A stretch of 64,000 nt of DNA, taken from a virus. Taxonomy: Duplodnaviria > Caudoviricetes. The notes under the pieces are model-generated. The model saw only the letters and a list, made by a program, of their open reading frames with translations, made no database searches and was not told where the DNA came from. Made by a program: the position numbers and the translations under genes. This document shows positions 57,539 to 64,000 of this stretch, one piece after another (within the stretch, counting starts at the first letter, position 1; each line of letters starts with the position of its first letter). The stretch lies in IMG/VR virus record IMGVR_UViG_3300029928_000003; one strand, given 5' to 3'.

Positions 57539-60500
57539 ACTATTGTGATTTATTATATGCGTTTCTAGTGTCTTGAAAAGCCCTGAGTACAGCAACATTA
57601 TTATTAATTAGGTCACTTACTGATCGTTTGCCAGCAATTACTCCTAGAGTCTATTTAATAAGTTTAAGATTCTATGAATAAATAGGAGGATTAGTGTTTT
57701 CACCTAAGAATTGAAATACATTAAATACCCCTTTAAAACCATCATAAGATCTAGATGATGATTTATATACTAATTCGACAGTAGCATTAGTAAGTACATC
57801 TCTATTTTTCATATCCTTCTTAAAGTTTCTATAAGAAGGATCAATTGCGCATCCATAAAGAATAGAGAATATTAAAAATGCTAGTAGATCAGAACCTAAC
57901 TTTAATAGATTTCTTCTTTGTACAGGGTCTACCCATATTTCTGATTTAAAATCTCCGTTGTTTAATGCCCTTAAAGTATCTTTTAATGTATAATATATTC
58001 CTTGGATTACTATAGGAACTCTATGCATTAGAGGTTTAATATGAGTTAAATTCTCTGTAGCCTATTTAACAGTACCATCATAGAAATATTTAATAGTACC
58101 GTCTTCACTCTTATATTGTACAATAACTTGACCTGTATCATCTAAGAATTTTAAATTACCTGCACTATCCCTATCCTAGACTAATTCAGAAGAGCCGTTA
58201 GTATATTGCCCTGGTTTCATCATATAATTAGCATAAATACCATTCATCCAAGTAGAATACATACCAAAGAATGTTCCTAATGCCATATGTTCATACGCAG
58301 CACGAGTACTTCTATCATAAGCACCGTATATACTATTAGCCACATTTTTCATTTCTTCTACTTCTTGTAATGAATAAGGCATGGGCAAATTATCCGTATA
58401 ATTAAGAGTTGCATCAGGATGCTCTCTATTATAAGCTCTTATAGCATTGTAATAAGCTCCTTGCTAATTATAATATTCTTTATTACTAGTATCTCCTGAA
58501 GCGTAGATTGAGAATCTTTTGTCTTTTTTCCAATCATATACTAATTCACCATCTTTAATATCGAATGCATCATATACGCCATCTTCATAACATTTAGCTA
58601 CAAATAATGTCATACGATTTAAGAAATCTGGCCTACGTAATGTAGCATATGCCCAATTTCCTATATTTGATATACCTCTACCAGATTTTAAACCTTCAGA
58701 AATTCTAGATATATCAATATTAGAAAGACGGTAAATCTAACATAATTGATTTACTATATTAATTGATCTACCATCTGTAAAAGAATTCTTAATTACTGTT
58801 TTATATGCCTTCATTAATGATTTAGCACTAATATCTGTTTGGTAATGATTAATAGTCCTCATTGTATTTTGCCAGCATCCTTCAAAAGTATCACGTAACA
58901 TACTAGTTATATTACCAGCAATTAAAGTATTGCTAACCATTCTTTTTAATGGCGTAAGAAATCCTAGAATCTTTTGAGAAGTCTTTTCCATAACAGACAT
59001 ATGGAACATGTTGACTTTAACAAAGTCATCAATCATTGATATAGTTTGCTTAATAATTTTCTCTTTATTTGGTACAGATGCTAAAGCATTAAGTTGAAAT
59101 AAAACTCCTTTTATAGTAACTAAAGCTTTATTATATTCTTTAGTTTCTATATCTCGTTCGATATAGTCAGCTAATAATACTTCCAAATTAGTTTCAAAGT
59201 AATCAGCACCATGAGCCGCAATATAATTATTTCTTTCTTTAGAGTCCCCTCTTTGAAATGAGTTTTGTAATTGCCTTGCCCTCCAAGACTAATCTCTTAA
59301 CTCTTGGTCCTCTGGGCTAGTTACATTCTATACAAATTCATCAAAAGCTTGTTTTGGGTTTCTTAATAATGCAGTAGCAGATTCTTTTATATATTCTAGC
59401 TTTTTAGATAAAGGGTATATAGTTCTTCTAGTACTTATTGATGCTTTCTCTAACGGAATTTGAAAATAGGTGTCTCCATGTTTCTTTATAAATTCCTATA
59501 GTTTAGGATCATCTGCAGATGTAAAATCAAACTAAATTCCCTAATTTGGATATTTGATTTTTGCAAACTCAAATAAAATTCGTTTAAGAAATTGCTATTT
59601 GGCATTCTTTTTACCATCATTCTTTATTTGGGCCATTTCATTGGGATTATAGGGATTTAATAATTCTAATGTATTATTTCCTTGTGAATCTCTTTTATAA
59701 AGATCTTGAAACTATTTAGCCTAATTACCTAAAATACTATTCTACAATCTAGAATATCCTATTTCATCATAGAATGTTTTAAAAAATGATCTAATAGGAA
59801 TCCATTTCTATACCGCTTTTTCTGCAATAGTATTTAATGCTCTATTATATAAGTCTGTAATAATACGAAAATTGCTATTAGGTACTCTACTGCTGACAAA
59901 TACATTTTTATCAATAGAACTAAGGGCTTGCACATTAGGGTTAATTTCACCTACATCATAATAAGTAATAGCTTTTAATACATCTGCATAAAGTAAAGCT
60001 ATTTTTTTAGTTGCTTTACTTTTTAATGATGCTTCTAAGTTATTAGTAATTGCAGGATAATTTTCTTCCATAGTTTTCTGAATACTTCTAAGCGCAGTTA
60101 ATCTTGCTTCTACTGTTTTAGCATCTTGTAACTCCCCAAAACCAGTATCTAATAATTCCTAGGTTTCTGCTTTTAATAGAGTAGAGTCCGCAATAGTATC
60201 TTTATAATCTTGCACTAATGTTTCAAACTAATCTACATATTTAAATCCTATAAAATTATTATGAATGTTTACAGTTTTTATTTGATTTACTTCTTGTATA
60301 ATTTTAGAAAAACATTCTTTATTTAGAGTTTCCATATTATAAATAGAACTCTATCCCCTTCCCTATAGAGATACTACTTTTAAAGAACCTAATAATTTAT
60401 CTCCAGATATTTTAGGAAGTACTCTATTGAGTAAAGTCATAGCTCTTACAGCTTCAATAGTACCCATATTAGACTTATAGTTTACTAGAGAACCTGATTT

Positions 60501-62105
60501 AGTATCATACAGTCTACTTCCTAATATATTAGTACCTCTTTTAAAACGAATCATAGCATCTAAATCCATACCGCTTAATATTACAGTATTAATCTATCCA
60601 GAAGCTTTATTTTTAAAGAGTAGTATATTAGCAGACAATAATACATCATTATCTATTAATTCCCAACCAGAGGGAGTATCTTTATTTATTGCAAAATAGG
60701 GACTAAATACTTTATGCAAATAAAGACCTGTTTTGGAATATGCTTTATTAGATAAGAAATTACTTGTTCCATCAGTTAAACCTGCTTTAACATCTTTAAC
60801 GACCCTCTTTAATACTATATCATTTTCAGGAGATAATTTTTCAGAATGCTCCTCTAATATCTCTATAATTTCTTTATTCTTTTCAGGAACAGTTCTATCT
60901 TCTATGTTATATATATGATCTTCGTCTATATATAAGATATATCCATATTTAGGATCAGTACTTTCTTTAATATTTCCTCTATTCTTTTTAATCCACTCTT
61001 GTGCAGATATCTATATACCAGAAGCTTGTATATCTCTTTCTGGAAATATTGCTTGTAAATCTTTAGAAGCGTTATCTAAGTCTTCATCAGATAATTTATC
61101 AGTATCCACATGTGCCGGAATAAAGTAGCTTGCTGCATCATCATATTTTTTAAAAACATATCTATCATTTATTACAGTAAGTTCTTCTGGTTTCTATACT
61201 GAAATGGAATCAATAGCAGATAAATCATCATTATATACCATACGAACTGGTATAATATGTAAAGTAGCATTATTTACTGATATGCCGTGGGCGGCTAACA
61301 TCTATTTAAGTAAGGCCATTTGATATCTATATTTTTCCATTTTTACAGAACCCATATTAATTCCGCTAGTAGTTACTTTATAATTATATATATGTAAATC
61401 ACCATCGGCATCTACTATACACATATCAATATGCCCAAATATATCTTTAGGCATATCTCTTAATTTAGCAGTTAAATTAACATTAAAAAATGCTTGGGAC
61501 GATCTACCACTATTTTTCTTTTTAATGCCTGAGAATATACTAATTTTAGTATTATCTATTTCTGTTTTTAAAGCATTAGAAACATTCTTAAATTTGGTAT
61601 CCTTTAACTATTTATTAAATTCATAGGTACTTGTTTTATCATCTATCTTACTAATTATTGTATGTAGCTAAGTGGCATCTGCGGCTATCATATCCCAATT
61701 ATCTACTTCAAGAGTGGCCTTTCTTTTACCTTCTTCTAAAGTGGGGCTTACCCCATCTTTAACAAACTACGCTGCTTTATGTTCTATATATCCATCTCTA
61801 CTTAAAGATGTTATATGAGTTTTTTCATAAAAAACAGGGGTATCTATTAATTCCTAAGAGCTTATACAACCTTTACTTGTCCAATATGGTTCACCATCGT
61901 CATACGCCATCTTATTATGAGATTTTACTGGGATAGCTTGTAAGTTGGCTATTGCAGATGCAATTTTTTCCTACTTCTAATTTGCTTTACTAAAGATAAT
62001 ATCTGATTCATTTTCATAATTTATGATATGATCATCTTTAATAGCTCTTACGAGATCCTAATAGCTTTTGTAAGCAGTTCCTTTATAAGTATATGTACAA
62101 TTCAT
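57537..62105 (-). CDS. TAG-recoded giant virion-associated protein (~1522 aa) with PD-(D/E)xK-like domain
   Basis: Five track ORFs share one frame and end at TAG; ATG at 62105 (MNCTYTYKG), TAA at 57537; GHIDMCIVDADGDLHIYNYK; frame spot-checked, not read exhaustively. Confidence 0.82.
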
Positions 62106-64000
62106 TTACATTCCTCCTATATAATATTATCGTTCTTCATTTTCTCGATCACATTAGAAATCTATCGATATACTCTACCTTTTTTAAATTCTAATCCGTT
62201 TTTATAATTAGCGACTGCAGACATAAATCCTTTACATACATCATAAATAGTTCCTTTATAGATAGTGTTTATATCATCTCCATTCATACCTTCAAATACT
62301 TTAGATAAAGCTTTATCTGTATTATTTTTGGTCTATTTCATTGCATCTGTCAGTTCTTCGCTTAATAAATCGGTACGTTTACCAGCTAAATAATCCCCGA
62401 ATAAAGTAGCGAAAACTTCTTCCTATATATCCATTTCAGATCTTCCTTTATATTTAGCTCTTACTTCTTCTTGTACTTTACCAACCCATTTATCTTTTTT
62501 TATACTAGCTATGGTATTTAATAACTTAACATAACCATCAAAATTAGATGCTTTTAACACTCCTAATAATAAGTGGGTATATTCATGAAATACGTCAGCT
62601 GAAGTGGCAGTATCTTGGTTTATATATACTTTGCCGTCTTTAATAAAAGCCCTAGTGTCTTCATCAACTCCCATATCCTTTGCTTCGCTATTAGTAATTA
62701 ATTCTATTTCCAGTCCTTCGTAAGTATCTTGCAATACTTTTATAGCCGTATTTAAATGTCCTATAATGGGCATAGGCCTTTGGGTTGCCGCATCTAAACT
62801 TACCCCAATATCTGTTATAGGTTCTAACTATAACATCTTATTTCCCTACTTAACTACATAATAATAGTTATAACCATGAACATCAGTTTTAGCATTAGAT
62901 AATTCTTCTAAAATACCTTTTATTAGATTATCTTCTAATTCTTCACCATAGTATTTATTAACTTGATTTTCAGTAGTATTACGTTTTTGTTTATCGTATA
63001 ATTTATAGATAAATAATCCCGCTAATTCAGGAGAATCTATTACTTCTTTTAATTTATCAAAAGTCTCAGATAGAACTCCACGCTCACTGAAATAGGTATA
63101 AAAATCTTCTAAAGTCCCGTTAGTTAATAGGCTATTATATTCCTAATCTATTGAGTCGTACTTTGTAAGGATAGTTTTATATTTCTTAAAAGTAGATTTG
63201 GCTGGATATAAGAAACTATTTTTTTGTAAGTATAATTTAAAAGGAGTATTAGCTTCATAATAAAATTCAGGAGAAAATACAGATAATTTTTTATCATACT
63301 GCTTACTGTCTATTCTCTATTTAAGTTCTTCTATAGAAGAGTAACTTTTAGCTGAAGTGTTAGGACTTAATAAGCCTTGGCTGTAATAATATTTAGGAGA
63401 TTCTTTAGACTATACATCTTTATAAATTATAAATCCTTTATATACTTCTTGCGGTACTAAGAATTTATCAATAGTATCATAAGTATAATTCTAAGTTTCA
63501 GATAAGGTAAATGAATTATTTTTGAAATATATAGTTGGAGACCCGCTAGAATTAAAATATATTGAAGAAAATTCTAATTTTAAAGGGGAATCTTTAATTT
63601 TATTAATTAATTCTTTGGCCGCCTATGTAAGCGTTTCTTCATCATTAGCTATTGTCTTAACTTCTAATAAAGCAGCTAATTCTTTTTTAGTTAAAGATAC
63701 AATATTGTTAGGATACTTCTATAAGAATGAATAAGTCTATGCAGCTAAAGGATTTTCAAAAGTTAATGCATTATCATTCTATAATTTTCTGCAAATTCCG
63801 TCTAATAAACCATATAAACCCTCATTAGATAGCTATGTTTTATAATGTGAATTGTTCTCTAAGAAATCTAATAAAACATCTGTCTAAGTCTTAGGGGTAC
63901 TATCATCAGATAATTTTATTTTATCTAATAAGTTAGCTAATCTTTCATTACCTTGAAATTTAGTTTTAACCAAATCTTTAGTTTTTAAGAAGGTGGCAAA
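62102..64000 (-). CDS. 3' part of a TAG-recoded giant virion protein with zincin motif (partial)
   Basis: Frame open at the window end; VFHEYTHLL; TGA overlaps the next ATG. Confidence 0.8.

Noticed and set aside
60733-63734. Plus-strand ORFs 60733..60918 and 63522..63734
   Set aside because: Antisense shadows of the recoded giant genes
57537-64000. Calling these proteins RNA polymerase subunits
   Set aside because: No DxDxD catalytic motif seen in the visible part; only nuclease-like and zincin motifs are supported

Overview
AT-rich window of a crAss-like (Crassvirales) phage of Bacteroidota, inferred from gene content, TTTG-N~20-TAnnTTTG promoters and giant minus-strand virion proteins. 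1-11.7 kb (+): small early genes, five intact tRNAs, two defective tRNAs, three twister ribozymes and three large genes that are open only if TAG is read as sense (code 15, TAG=Gln). 11.7-57.5 kb (+): replication and nucleotide metabolism (RNase H, SF2 helicase, DnaB, AAA ATPase split by two group I introns, SSB-like protein, primase, Holliday junction resolvase with a single TAG at codon 6, exonuclease, dUTPase, ligase, sigma-70, PolA, intein-containing NrdD, NrdG, intron-split phosphoesterase, thioredoxin, ThyX), plus an unidentified ~310-nt GC-rich structured RNA. 57.5-64 kb (-): two giant TAG-recoded proteins converging on a bidirectional terminator. Main candidate novel system: a stop-codon-gated cassette of toxin/effector-like cargo proteins with a TAG-free putative immunity gene, lying between tRNA-Gly-derived direct repeats. 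No CUA suppressor tRNA was seen in this window. All translations and alignments were done by eye; no database searches were run.
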